Positions 8,491-18,191 of a stretch of DNA of 64,000 nt are shown here, piece after piece. Made by a program: the position numbers and the translations under genes. Each line of letters starts with the position of its first letter. Position 1 is the stretch's first letter. The stretch lies in the IMG/VR virus record IMGVR_UViG_3300044712_002657. One strand, given 5' to 3'. Below the pieces are notes generated by a model. That model was not told the origin of the DNA. It was given only the letters and a program-made list of their open reading frames with translations, and did not search any database. The DNA is from an uncultured virus (IMG/VR IMGVR_UViG_3300044712_002657). Taxonomy: Duplodnaviria; Heunggongvirae; Uroviricota; Caudoviricetes.

Positions 8491-11400
8491 TGTGTGTAAT
8501 CCGTATCAACTTTGACGTCGTTGTTGGCAACCTTGAAGAAAATCTTGTTCGGCATTGAAGCCAAAACGTAGTCGTCATGGGACGCTACAAAGATTTGGTT
8601 GAAGTACTTCGGCAACTTCTTGAGAAGGCGGACAAAGGACTCCGTATTTTCGTTGTCCGTGTAGTATGTAGCCTCGTCAAGGACAAGCACTTTAAGACCC
8701 CTGCCGCTGCGCTCTGCCTGGAGGATCGAGAAGGCGACACGAATGATGATGGCAAGGATATTCGTTTCTCCGCCGCTGTAGGTACTGATATCCCGCTCTT
8801 CAACGCCGTCGTCTACGAGAATCTCGATCCTCTCCTGGGTCGTGCCGGACTTGGTCTCTTTTTGGGTAGCGATACTGATCGACCATTTTCCGTCACAGGC
8901 CGTCATAAGGTCCTGCATGATTTCCATGAGATGCGGGACCGTACTATCAACGATCATTTGGGGAATGCCGTCGCGACCAAAGGCTCTACCCAAGGCTTCC
9001 AAGACATCGACCTTTTGAGCCTTGTTCTTGATCTCTCCCTCGATTTTGGAGATTTCCTTGCGTCGTACATCGTGCTGTTCGATCTTAGCTTGGCACTTGC
9101 CGATGCTCATATTGATGCCTGAGATGACGCTGTTCTTGTTGGCGACGACGCTCTTGACGCCGGCAAGTACGGACTTCATCTGTTCCAGCTTTTGGTTATC
9201 GAACTCGGGGACGACGACCTCCGCGATCTCTTGCTCGATCTCTTTGAAGTTCTTACGGGCTTCGTCCAATCTTGCATCGATTTCGGCGATTTCCTTCTTG
9301 GCGGAGGCGACCGACTTGAGTTGGTCTTCCAAGGTCTTGATCTTTTCGACTTTGACCTTGAGTGTATTCTTCTCGTCCAACAAGGCTTTGGGAACGACGT
9401 TTCCTGCCTTTTGCTTCAGGGTCGCCGCCTCTGTCTTGAGGCTTGCGACTTCAGTCTTAACCTCTGGCTGCCAGTCGCCTTCTGGAGTGTTTCCGGCGTC
9501 GAAGTCCTTAAGCAGCTTGTCGGTTTCGGCGACGAATTTGGCGATGTATGTTTCGCCAGCCTTGACCTTTGCCGCCTTCTTGGCTGCGTCGGCTTCGAGT
9601 TCGGGGAGTTTATCTCTGTCTTGGACGCTTTGGGAAGCCAATGGGCACTTACGGCAAGCGTCGAGGTTGGGGAAGTTCTTGTCGGCGATGCGGTTGGCAT
9701 TGGCATTGGCTGCGGAAATGGCATTTGCAGCGTTCCAAGAGGCTTCCTGGACCGTTTTCATCTTACCCATGAGCGAAGTATGCTCTTCGTGCCGTTTACT
9801 CGACAGGGCTGCACGTTCGCTGTTTCTGGCGACAAGGTAGGCGGAATAGGCTTTTGCCCTGTCTTGGAACTTCTGAGCCGCTTGTTCGAGCAGGCTATTC
9901 GCCTGGGCTTCGATCTTGCGGGCTTCGGCAAGCTTTCCATCGATTTCTTCTTGGACTTCGGCAAGGCGTGCCTGATCGCCCTTGAGTTGTTCCAATTCCT
10001 TCTCGATCTGCTCACCCTTCAGGGATTCAAGCTCAGCCCTTCGTTGCTTGAGGGCGACGCCATTGGCACGGATTCCGTCGCGCTTCTTCTCAAGCGCAGC
10101 GATTTGAGCCAGCGCGTTTTGATGTGCTTGGAGTCCCGCCGACATAGTTTGAACCTGCGCCGAGTACGTTTCGACCAGCGTTTCGTCTTGCTTCAACGCT
10201 GTTTGCGTGCTCAACAGGTCCCCGTTCAAGCGGGCGAGTTCCGACACGTCTGTCTGCTCAGCAGTAAGCTCGATCTTGAGGGTTTCAATCCTGCTTCTTT
10301 GGGCGGCTATTGTAGTTACGTCAGCGGAAGCCAGTTTTTCTGCTGCCTTGCCGATGACGAAGAAGCGTTCTGTTCCAAGTAGTTTGGCAAACAGGTCCTT
10401 GCGTTGCGATGGCTTTAGCTTAATCAGGTTTGCCGTGTCGCCTTGTGCCGAGAAGACGCCAGCTAGGACAAGGTCGGGGTCGCCAATCAGATTGGTAATG
10501 AACTTGTCAACGCTTTCGACGCCTGGACCTGCAAGGGGTTCGTTACTACCCTCCGCAAAGACGTTTGCAGATTGAGAGAATTTTGTGCCGTTCTTGAACT
10601 CGCGACGGACGTAGTAGCCCTTTCCCTGGCTCTGGAAATGAAGCTCTGTCGCCCCCTTGGGCGCGTTCTTGGGCATAAGGGCGGAAAGTGTAGGGTATTT
10701 CGGGGAGATGCCGTAGAGAGAGACCATTATGCTTTCCATGGCTGTCGTCTTCCCGACGCCATTTGGTCCCGCGACTCCGCAAGCTCCAGTAAAGTTAGCC
10801 TTAATCTTTGTTTTCTTGTAACGTGCGATGTTTTCCAGCGAGAACTCGTCAACGCGGTCGAGCGAGCCTACAGCCTGTACCGCCTGAGCCGCAGGATTGT
10901 TGCGGTAGAGTTCGTCTGCTTGAGCGACCAAAAGGTCTACGTCGACGCGGCAATTGTCTGCCTTTGCCCAAGCGGAGAGAAGCGTCCTGAAGTCCAAGTC
11001 GCAAGAGAGCTTGCCTTCAAACCGTTGCCGGACAGTCGGCGGCACGGGGACCTTCTCGAACTGGACGCCTTCAGGGATCTCGTCCGGACGGATCTGGCTC
11101 TTGAGCTTGACGTAATCAACACCTTTTCGGTAGTTGACGCCTTCGAGGGACGGGACGGTCAAGTAGCGCGGCGAATTTTTGTTGTCGAGCCACTTGTCGG
11201 TAACGATCTTGCGCCCCTCGATCTCCAGAAGGCGACATCCAACCTTGTTAGCCTCTTCGCCGAAAGAAAGCTGGCAAAGCGTTCCCAAGTAGCCGTCATT
11301 GGGGTTGGGAAGCTCTGTAATGCGCTGTCTCAAGTGTATGTGTCCGAGAGCGTATGCGTCTGCGCCAACGGACAGGAGGTCTCCGGCTGCGAACTCAAAG

Positions 11401-11993
11401 GCGCCATCATTTTGGATGGTACCGCCTTCTCTACTTGCTCCGGTAACTTCCAAGTGTCCAACGAACAGGACGAATTTTCCTGCGTCTTGTTTGGCTTTGA
11501 CTTGTTGGGACAGGGGACCCATAAGGTCGCGGACGGCTTTGCTTACGAGGGCGTTAGCCTCGCTAAGCTTCTTGCCTTGCGAGATCATTTTCGCGACGAG
11601 ATGGACCTTGTTGACCCAAGGGACCGCGCACAGGCAGATTTCGTCGTTTATGTCGACGATTCCAGGTTTGCGAATGACGTTGATGAAGTCGTACTTGTCG
11701 ATTGGAGCCAGAGCGTCCGCGTCGCGGGGCGAGCCGAGATCATGATTGCCAATGACTACGTGCATGGGGATGGGCTTGGGAATCGACACCAAAGGCGACA
11801 GGAGGGCCTTGTAGATGGTTCCTGTCGTCGCCTCCCGACCATAGACGTTCGCGTGGTCAAAGACGTCGCCTGTTTGGACGATGGCGTCGATTTCGTTCTT
11901 GGACGCCCAAGAGACGAGACCGTTCCATGCGTTTAGGATGTCGTCTAGCTTTTTGGCTCTAAAGTGAATGTCGCCGACTACGATGATCTTCAA
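8487..11993 (-). CDS. sbcCD: Fused SbcD(Mre11)-SbcC(Rad50) nuclease-ATPase
   Basis: Phosphoesterase motifs GDIH, GDVFD, GNHD, GHIH. Walker A GPNGVGKTT, coiled coil with CRKC hook, signature YSGGE, Walker B VLVLDE and SHD. Likely TTG start at 11993 after GGAGG. Confidence 0.9.
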   Translation of the reverse strand: MKIIVVGDIHFRAKKLDDILNAWNGLVSWASKNEIDAIVQTGDVFDHANVYGREATTGTIYKALLSPLVSIPKPIPMHVVIGNHDLGSPRDADALAPIDKYDFINVIRKPGIVDINDEICLCAVPWVNKVHLVAKMISQGKKLSEANALVSKAVRDLMGPLSQQVKAKQDAGKFVLFVGHLEVTGASREGGTIQNDGAFEFAAGDLLSVGADAYALGHIHLRQRITELPNPNDGYLGTLCQLSFGEEANKVGCRLLEIEGRKIVTDKWLDNKNSPRYLTVPSLEGVNYRKGVDYVKLKSQIRPDEIPEGVQFEKVPVPPTVRQRFEGKLSCDLDFRTLLSAWAKADNCRVDVDLLVAQADELYRNNPAAQAVQAVGSLDRVDEFSLENIARYKKTKIKANFTGACGVAGPNGVGKTTAMESIMVSLYGISPKYPTLSALMPKNAPKGATELHFQSQGKGYYVRREFKNGTKFSQSANVFAEGSNEPLAGPGVESVDKFITNLIGDPDLVLAGVFSAQGDTANLIKLKPSQRKDLFAKLLGTERFFVIGKAAEKLASADVTTIAAQRSRIETLKIELTAEQTDVSELARLNGDLLSTQTALKQDETLVETYSAQVQTMSAGLQAHQNALAQIAALEKKRDGIRANGVALKQRRAELESLKGEQIEKELEQLKGDQARLAEVQEEIDGKLAEARKIEAQANSLLEQAAQKFQDRAKAYSAYLVARNSERAALSSKRHEEHTSLMGKMKTVQEASWNAANAISAANANANRIADKNFPNLDACRKCPLASQSVQDRDKLPELEADAAKKAAKVKAGETYIAKFVAETDKLLKDFDAGNTPEGDWQPEVKTEVASLKTEAATLKQKAGNVVPKALLDEKNTLKVKVEKIKTLEDQLKSVASAKKEIAEIDARLDEARKNFKEIEQEIAEVVVPEFDNQKLEQMKSVLAGVKSVVANKNSVISGINMSIGKCQAKIEQHDVRRKEISKIEGEIKNKAQKVDVLEALGRAFGRDGIPQMIVDSTVPHLMEIMQDLMTACDGKWSISIATQKETKSGTTQERIEILVDDGVEERDISTYSGGETNILAIIIRVAFSILQAERSGRGLKVLVLDEATYYTDNENTESFVRLLKKLPKYFNQIFVASHDDYVLASMPNKIFFKVANNDVKVDTDYTQ

Positions 11994-12066
11994 GGTGCAA
12001 AATCCTCCGGACGTCATTATACGATCACGGAGGATTTGGTTTGTGGCGAGCTATTTTCTGTGCAGT

Positions 12067-12633
12067 TTATTTCTTTTTGGCGACTTTTTCGATGGTCTCA
12101 CACTTACCGTCGGCGATTTCTTTTTGCTTGTGTCGCTTCATTCTGTCTTCTGCGTTCTCTGCTCTGGTAACGCAGCAATAGGTGCCCGAGAAATTGTGTT
12201 TTGACGCGGAGATGAGCATCTCTCCCAGCTTTCGCATACTTTCGGGGTCGGTCAGCAATTCGATGTTGTTGGTCTTGTGTCCGAAATGGCTGGCGCTGAT
12301 TTTGAACTCCGGACCGTAGGCACCTTTGTCAAAGACTTCGAAGACGACCCCTCCGTTATTGATGTGGAAGTAGACGCACCCCAAGGGACACTTGTATTCC
12401 TCGTTCAGCCGGACGCTGAAGGCACCCATCCGCTTGCTATGGTACTTGTAGACGTTGTGGTACTCTTGAAGGCTCTTTAGCTCGGAGCGATTGAGCTTAA
12501 AGCCGAGGAACTGCTGAGCGATTTTGATCGCGGAGTTCCTGTCGGAATACTTACCTTCGTGCAAAACGATGTCGTCGCCTTTGACTTTCTTGGATACGAT
12601 GAGTTCGAAGGTCTTATACGGGACTGGTTTCAT
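12067..12633 (-). CDS. Hypothetical protein
   Basis: 188-aa ORF, GAGG SD, in operon orientation. Confidence 0.65.
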   Translation of the reverse strand: MKPVPYKTFELIVSKKVKGDDIVLHEGKYSDRNSAIKIAQQFLGFKLNRSELKSLQEYHNVYKYHSKRMGAFSVRLNEEYKCPLGCVYFHINNGGVVFEVFDKGAYGPEFKISASHFGHKTNNIELLTDPESMRKLGEMLISASKHNFSGTYCCVTRAENAEDRMKRHKQKEIADGKCETIEKVAKKK

Positions 12634-13252
12634 TTTTCGCCTCTTTCTTTTTCGCTTCGCGCTTGTCTACCAGTTTGAGATGATGCTCGTGCTTCGCTTG
12701 GAGATAGCTCAGAATTTTGTTTACCTTGGGGTTTCCCAAGAGGTTGCCGCGATGAATGATCAGCTTGCCGGAGAGATGGTCAACTTCGTGTTGGATCGCC
12801 CGCGCAAGCAGTCCGGAGGCGTTGAACTCGATCTTCTTGCCCTCATTGTTTTGAGCGACGACATGGATCTTGTTGTAGCGTTTGACGTTCAACAGAACGC
12901 CTGGCACAGACAAGCAGCCTTCCTTTGCGGCTTCCTCAAACACCCGGTCGCCGTCTTGGTATTGCTGCTCAGTCAGTTCGAGTTTTGTAATGGTCGGGTT
13001 GACCAGGACGAGCGGCATTGACTTGCGATTGACGTCGACCAATGCGACCTGAACGGGGATGCCGACTTGCGGGGCGGCGAGACCGATGCCGCTTTGAGTC
13101 TTGTACAGTAGCGTCGCCATCTCTTCCAGCATCGAATTCAGGGACTTCCCGTACTCAGGCAGGGGATCTCCATTGAATTCGGCTTCTGTAATTTGGCGCG
13201 CTGCCTTTGCCAAGACGGGTTCGGGGTACGTATGAAGTTCCAACAGTTTCAT
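12614..13252 (-). CDS. def: Peptide deformylase
   Basis: All three PDF motifs present: GIGLAAPQVG, EGCLS, QHEVDHLSG. Start ATG 13252 with AGGAG SD. Confidence 0.95.
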   Translation of the reverse strand: MKLLELHTYPEPVLAKAARQITEAEFNGDPLPEYGKSLNSMLEEMATLLYKTQSGIGLAAPQVGIPVQVALVDVNRKSMPLVLVNPTITKLELTEQQYQDGDRVFEEAAKEGCLSVPGVLLNVKRYNKIHVVAQNNEGKKIEFNASGLLARAIQHEVDHLSGKLIIHRGNLLGNPKVNKILSYLQAKHEHHLKLVDKREAKKKEAKNETSPV

Positions 13253-13262
13253 GTTCAAGCTC

Positions 13263-13886
13263 CTATTTGATGGGAAGGTCTTTTTCGACGCCAGCCCAAA
13301 TCTTGTTAGAGAACCACTGCAACGCGCCCTTGATGGCTTCAATGATCATTTCAGCAAGGTCTTTCAGACACGCTCTCAGGATTGTCGCGAACGCCGACCA
13401 AGGCCAGTACGTAATCCAGACAGCCATCTCTTCTTTATAGTCGCGAATTTGCGGACGGATCTTGATCTGATCGCTTGGGGCATTGTCGTAATCGCGCCCA
13501 TACTCACTGACAAAAGCGTCGAAAAACTCTTTTTTAAGTTCATCCGGAACGATGTCTGTACTAAGCCCTTTGCGGAGCAAGAAGCTTTTTCTGAATGCTA
13601 AGTACCGTTGATGCCCTCGCCAGTTGAACCAAATCCATTTACAGACGGCGTAAATGGTCCCGATGACGAAGTACAAAAAGAAGCCGACGATTGCTTCTTG
13701 ACGGTTTTGGAGTACGTAGTTGTAGATTTGCGGGAAGTAACCGCCAATAGCTAGACAAACCGCTCCGACGACGGTAACGACAATCGGGCCGATGACTTGC
13801 TCGCGGGCTACGAACCCGAGCATGAACAAGTGAAAAAGAACGAACAACGTCCAGAAAGCCCAAGGCAATGCAGAGATTATTTCCAT
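13263..13886 (-). CDS. Membrane protein with ~3 N-terminal hydrophobic segments
   Basis: Hydrophobic stretches and a WITYWPWS motif; GGAGG SD before ATG 13886. Confidence 0.7.
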   Translation of the reverse strand: MEIISALPWAFWTLFVLFHLFMLGFVAREQVIGPIVVTVVGAVCLAIGGYFPQIYNYVLQNRQEAIVGFFLYFVIGTIYAVCKWIWFNWRGHQRYLAFRKSFLLRKGLSTDIVPDELKKEFFDAFVSEYGRDYDNAPSDQIKIRPQIRDYKEEMAVWITYWPWSAFATILRACLKDLAEMIIEAIKGALQWFSNKIWAGVEKDLPIK

Positions 13887-13910
13887 GTCATACACCTCCA
13901 AGTTCACTTC

Positions 13911-13938
13911 AGCTTACGGCAGTGCGGTTCAATGTCAA
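13911..13938 (-). promoter_or_regulatory. sigma70-type promoter TTGACA-N16-TAAGCT
   Basis: Intergenic, with the same 16-nt spacing as other sites. Confidence 0.65.
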
Positions 13939-13939
13939 G

Positions 13940-14206
13940 TTATTTCTTTGTATCTTTAGTAGTCTCTTCAGAACCTATCTGGTGCCAACGGATCTGCGCG
14001 TTGGTTGGCCATGTCAGTTCTTTTTTGTTCTTGATCAGATTGATGGTCAGGAAGAACTTCTTCTTGTCGTAGATGTTGACCCAAATGGTCCCGTTCTTTG
14101 GCTTGATCTCGAACTCGGTATCCTTCAAGAAGGCGAGCATGTTCTGCCGGACTTTCTCAGTGTCCTCGTTCGTAATTTCTTTCATTTGAATCTTGTGTTC
14201 TTTCAT
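13940..14206 (-). CDS. Hypothetical protein
   Basis: ATGA overlap with the upstream gene; Lys-rich, 88 aa. Confidence 0.6.
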   Translation of the reverse strand: MKEHKIQMKEITNEDTEKVRQNMLAFLKDTEFEIKPKNGTIWVNIYDKKKFFLTINLIKNKKELTWPTNAQIRWHQIGSEETTKDTKK

Positions 14207-14589
14207 ATAGCCCATTCCAATACGTTGTCCGCGAAAATTCTCATTGCCTTCCGCAAGTCCTTCTTGCGGTGCTTGGCGGCTTCCGCGATCGCCGCCTTGT
14301 ATTCCTCTTGTTGATTCTCTGGCAGGAAGCAAAACCCAGGCTCCATGACATCGCGACCGTACGCCGCATAGAAGTCGCGCAAGTGCTCATTCGGATAGTC
14401 GTAGTCAATGACCTTCGACAGCAGCTTTTCGACTTCTACGATCTTTTCCGTAATGTCGCCTTCGTGTACTCTGGTCTTGGCGAATAGAGTAGTTTTCAAA
14501 CGACGCAACTTGTCGCGCAAGGTCATCAACACAGGCGTACCGTCATCGTACAACGAGACTATGTTGGCGGTGATTCTCTTCTCGATCAT
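14203..14589 (-). CDS. Hypothetical protein, probably on a leaderless mRNA
   Basis: 128-aa ORF; CTGTATAAT lies 5 nt before the ATG. Confidence 0.65.
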   Translation of the reverse strand: MIEKRITANIVSLYDDGTPVLMTLRDKLRRLKTTLFAKTRVHEGDITEKIVEVEKLLSKVIDYDYPNEHLRDFYAAYGRDVMEPGFCFLPENQQEEYKAAIAEAAKHRKKDLRKAMRIFADNVLEWAI

Positions 14590-14604
14590 GCTGGATTATA
14601 CAGT

Positions 14605-14838
14605 CTATGGGATTGGGATGGCTGTCGAGTCAAGTACCTTTTTGCCGTTTGCGACGACGTAGTAGATTCTCCACTCCTGCTTGTCAAAGCCGCAGTTAGC
14701 AGAAACATGGTCGCCGGAATCGTCAATCAAGTCCTCAAAAGCAAACTCATAAACCTCGTCTCGACAGCCAGACCCTTTCCTTGGTTTCCGAACAGCACGC
14801 GGATTGTTGGAAAAGTCAAAGTCTTCGCGTTTCAGCAT
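14605..14838 (-). CDS. Hypothetical protein
   Basis: 77 aa, GGAG SD. Confidence 0.55.
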   Translation of the reverse strand: MLKREDFDFSNNPRAVRKPRKGSGCRDEVYEFAFEDLIDDSGDHVSANCGFDKQEWRIYYVVANGKKVLDSTAIPIP

Positions 14839-14849
14839 CTTCTCTCCGT

Positions 14850-17087
14850 CTATTGGTTTAGAGCAACGAACTCGTTCGCAGACGGGTAGATGGCATCCAT
14901 AACTACCTTGTCTATGTCTCGTTCCTTGCCCTTCAAGACGGAGAATACCGCTCTGTACGCGACAGTCCCTTCAAGCTTTTTCCGATTCTCCGCAATCGTC
15001 TTCGGGTCGCGTTTGCACTCCTCGATGAGGGGCAAGCACTTCGCGACCGTATTTTCTCGAACGAGGGCATACTGTCCCTCAAGAATGGTGACGTATTGCT
15101 CCGCCAACGGTCGCAATTCCTCAGGAACCTTGACCAGGAAGTCTCGCTGAACCTTACCGGACTTCATGGTCTCCCAAATCGAGATGGGCGACAGCTTGGA
15201 CATGATCTTCGCAAGGGTGCAATACCACTCGGTCTTGACCTTGACCCGACGACCGTCCTCGAAGACGATTACAAAGCCTTCCTGCCCCTTTATGTTCGCG
15301 TCCTTTTGGATACGGAGGCAATCCTGAACCGTAACCTCATGACGCTTTACAATGGGCAAGCCGCTCTTTTTCGCCCATTCCTCAACGGTAGCGCGCGGAT
15401 ACTCCGTCCGATCCATGCGGTTGTACGCCGCCAGAATGACCAAAGCTTCCATGCCGCCGTAATCGAGGATAATCCGCTGCTTCGGGTTGATGATCTCGAA
15501 CAGCAGAGTCGCCTCCTCGGGCAGGAACGACAAATCAAACTTCCGGATATGATTAGTCGCCCAAAGAGCACCATCCGAGTGGAACGACCCTCGGCTGGCG
15601 ACCTTGAAGACGCCTTCGTGTCGGTAGAGGACGCCCAACCATCCGTCCAACTTCTCAAGGACGTAGTACGGCTGGTTCCAGTCGAGTTTCTCGAACAAGG
15701 AGTCCTCGTTTTCCCCAAGGTTGAAGAACTTGGGAAACGCGAAGGCGACGCATTCTCCGGTCGTCATGTCGAAGATATGCCCGCGCGAGTTCTTGGTAAT
15801 GCTGTCCCAAGCGCGATCAAACGTACACTGGTCAGTATACGTATAGATCGAGAGCTTTTCGTCGTCCGTCATGTCCTTGCGGATCAGACCGGCGACGACG
15901 TACTCTTCGCGCTTCGAGATTTCCTCGTTCGGCGAGGAGATGGAAGCTTCCTGGAACGCGCTCTGGCTGTAGACCTGAGCAGCCTTGAAGTAGTGGACCA
16001 TGTCAGTCTGACTGTCGTATGCCTTCAAGTAATCGCCGAATACGCATCCGCCGTCAAGGCTGACGATGTTCGGCAATACTGGCATCGACGCCTCCGCGAT
16101 ATGCCCATAGAAAACACGTGGCGCGTCTTTCGGCCACAACTTGTACCACAACTCGCCGTTCTCAGCGTCGAAGTACGACCGACCGCCGTAGTACCTCATA
16201 TAAAGACAGTCGTCCGGACGCTGCTGTTCGGCAGGCATCATCGGATCGAATCCAGCGTGAACGACGTACCCCTTCGGCGTCTTGAGAATCAACGGCAAGT
16301 TCCGCAAGTATTCCCGTACTTCCACGGGCATCTTGTTGTCGAACGAGTCGATGGTATTCTGCAAGCCATGCGCGATCTTTACGTTGTTTCCGCTGAAATA
16401 GCGGACGCACTTGTCGTCATGATTACCGCAAACAGCATAGAACCTCGGCAAGGACATGACGTATTCGAGCGTCTCCTTGACCTTTGGTCCCCTGTCTACC
16501 AAGTCGCCTGCGCTGACGAGGACGTCCTCAAGCGGGTTGAAGTTCAGATCCTTCAACAAGCCCTGAAGCTCGTCCAAGCACCCATGGATATCGCCTACGA
16601 TGATGTAGCGGCGATCCCCAATTTCAGCACAGATATCCTTAACGGGAACAAAGTCCGGCTTACCGCCGATGATTTCGATCTCGTCGATGGCTTCCCTAGT
16701 GCTCGGAGCCTGGAAAGACTTGAAATAGTACATGATCGCTTCTTCAGCCCTCTCAGGCGGAAGAGTTGGATGCCGCTTGCGCTGCTTGACGCGCTTGATG
16801 CACGTTTCACGGTCGACGTTGAACCAGACTACCTTGGTCTGGTAGCCGTTCTTCTTCGCCAAGGCAAGGTAGTTCCCTCGCTGCGACCGGATATGGTTCA
16901 GCCGATCAACAACGACGAACTGGTCGCCGCGTGCGAACGCAGCCGACAGCATCGCCTTATGACCCTCTTTTCCCTGATCGTCCTGGCTTATTCGGGTATA
17001 GCCTTGCAAACGCTCTTCGCAGTACGTCGTTTTGCCGCTACCTTGACAGCCGACGAGCAACACCATCTTTTTCATTTTTACACCCAT
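14850..17087 (-). CDS. Trifunctional RNA repair enzyme: polynucleotide kinase + metallophosphoesterase + T4 Rnl1-type RNA ligase
   Basis: P-loop GCQGSGKTT; GDIHG, GDLVDRG, GNHD; ligase motifs KFFN, EKLDG, FEII, EGFV, VKVK. Start could be 17075. Confidence 0.9.
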   Translation of the reverse strand: MGVKMKKMVLLVGCQGSGKTTYCEERLQGYTRISQDDQGKEGHKAMLSAAFARGDQFVVVDRLNHIRSQRGNYLALAKKNGYQTKVVWFNVDRETCIKRVKQRKRHPTLPPERAEEAIMYYFKSFQAPSTREAIDEIEIIGGKPDFVPVKDICAEIGDRRYIIVGDIHGCLDELQGLLKDLNFNPLEDVLVSAGDLVDRGPKVKETLEYVMSLPRFYAVCGNHDDKCVRYFSGNNVKIAHGLQNTIDSFDNKMPVEVREYLRNLPLILKTPKGYVVHAGFDPMMPAEQQRPDDCLYMRYYGGRSYFDAENGELWYKLWPKDAPRVFYGHIAEASMPVLPNIVSLDGGCVFGDYLKAYDSQTDMVHYFKAAQVYSQSAFQEASISSPNEEISKREEYVVAGLIRKDMTDDEKLSIYTYTDQCTFDRAWDSITKNSRGHIFDMTTGECVAFAFPKFFNLGENEDSLFEKLDWNQPYYVLEKLDGWLGVLYRHEGVFKVASRGSFHSDGALWATNHIRKFDLSFLPEEATLLFEIINPKQRIILDYGGMEALVILAAYNRMDRTEYPRATVEEWAKKSGLPIVKRHEVTVQDCLRIQKDANIKGQEGFVIVFEDGRRVKVKTEWYCTLAKIMSKLSPISIWETMKSGKVQRDFLVKVPEELRPLAEQYVTILEGQYALVRENTVAKCLPLIEECKRDPKTIAENRKKLEGTVAYRAVFSVLKGKERDIDKVVMDAIYPSANEFVALNQ

Positions 17088-17108
17088 TCTTCACTTGCGT
17101 GAGACGCT

Positions 17109-18191
17109 CTATCGTGAAGTACGATGGAAGTCAATGTAATTCTTCAAATGAACAGCCAGAGCTTGCGCCATGCGGCAAGGGACTCCGTTCGAGATCATTT
17201 TGAACTTCGCCGTCAACGGAGCATTGCTTGGCAGAACATAGTCGTCTGGTACCGTTTGGATACGCAACGCTTCCCTTACAGACAGCCGTCGCGGAAGCCA
17301 AGGATGAAAATGAACTTCGTTATTCCCGTAACAAACCGTTGGGCTGTACCTGTACCGATGAAGCCGTTTGCACGACTTTCTGTCTACGTCGCCTTCAGCG
17401 ACGGTTCGGAGCCTGTCCGTCTTCGGAGTGAACCATTCCTTGCCGTTTGGTTTTTGCTCAGCATCTTCTAAAAGGCGACAAACCATCAAGTCTTCCGGAA
17501 TATTTCCTGGCTTTCGTGGCGTCTGCCCAAAAGGATTTGTCGTCGGCCAGCCATACTCTTTACGGACATCTGTTGGGTCCCACGAAAGACCAAACTGGAA
17601 CCACCCCTCCATGAAGCTGACACCGAACGGGTCCTTGTTCGGCGGTGGATTCAGTCTGTTTGCTTTGATGGCAACCAAAAACATTCTTTCTCTGTCTTGC
17701 GGGACGCCGTACTTCAAAGCATTGGCTAGGCACAAATCAGTTGCATAGCCAGCACTTTCAAACTTCAGGCGGAGATACTCAAGGTACTCCCTATTCTTCT
17801 TGATCTTGCACAGTCCAGGAACGTTCTCCATAACGACGAACAGCGGATTTAACGCGATCGCCATGTCAACGTAGACTTCCGCCAACTGTCCGCGTTTCTC
17901 TTTGCGCCCCTGTTGATTGCCTGCGATAGAGAAGGATTGACACGGCGGTCCGCCAATGACGCCGAAGTCGCCTTCAGGGGCAGCTTGCGACCTGACCTCT
18001 TTCGCGGTCAGGTCGCAAATGCTGTCTCTGCTACTTATCTTGGCTAAGCGTCCCCAAAGGGCGGTATTGCCAGCGTCGTGCAAGTCCGCGATTCGGTTGT
18101 CGTACTCGTTGGTCCATAGGACTCGGTAACCAGCTTGCTGGAACCCGATGTCCATGAAACCGCCGCCGGTAAAGAAAGAAATGATGTCCAT
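17109..18191 (-). CDS. dcm: C5 cytosine DNA methyltransferase (orphan)
   Basis: FTGGG (motif I), GGPPCQSFS (IV), ENV (VI), PQDRER (VIII), RRLSVREALRIQ (IX), SNGVP (X). Confidence 0.92.
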   Translation of the reverse strand: MDIISFFTGGGFMDIGFQQAGYRVLWTNEYDNRIADLHDAGNTALWGRLAKISSRDSICDLTAKEVRSQAAPEGDFGVIGGPPCQSFSIAGNQQGRKEKRGQLAEVYVDMAIALNPLFVVMENVPGLCKIKKNREYLEYLRLKFESAGYATDLCLANALKYGVPQDRERMFLVAIKANRLNPPPNKDPFGVSFMEGWFQFGLSWDPTDVRKEYGWPTTNPFGQTPRKPGNIPEDLMVCRLLEDAEQKPNGKEWFTPKTDRLRTVAEGDVDRKSCKRLHRYRYSPTVCYGNNEVHFHPWLPRRLSVREALRIQTVPDDYVLPSNAPLTAKFKMISNGVPCRMAQALAVHLKNYIDFHRTSR

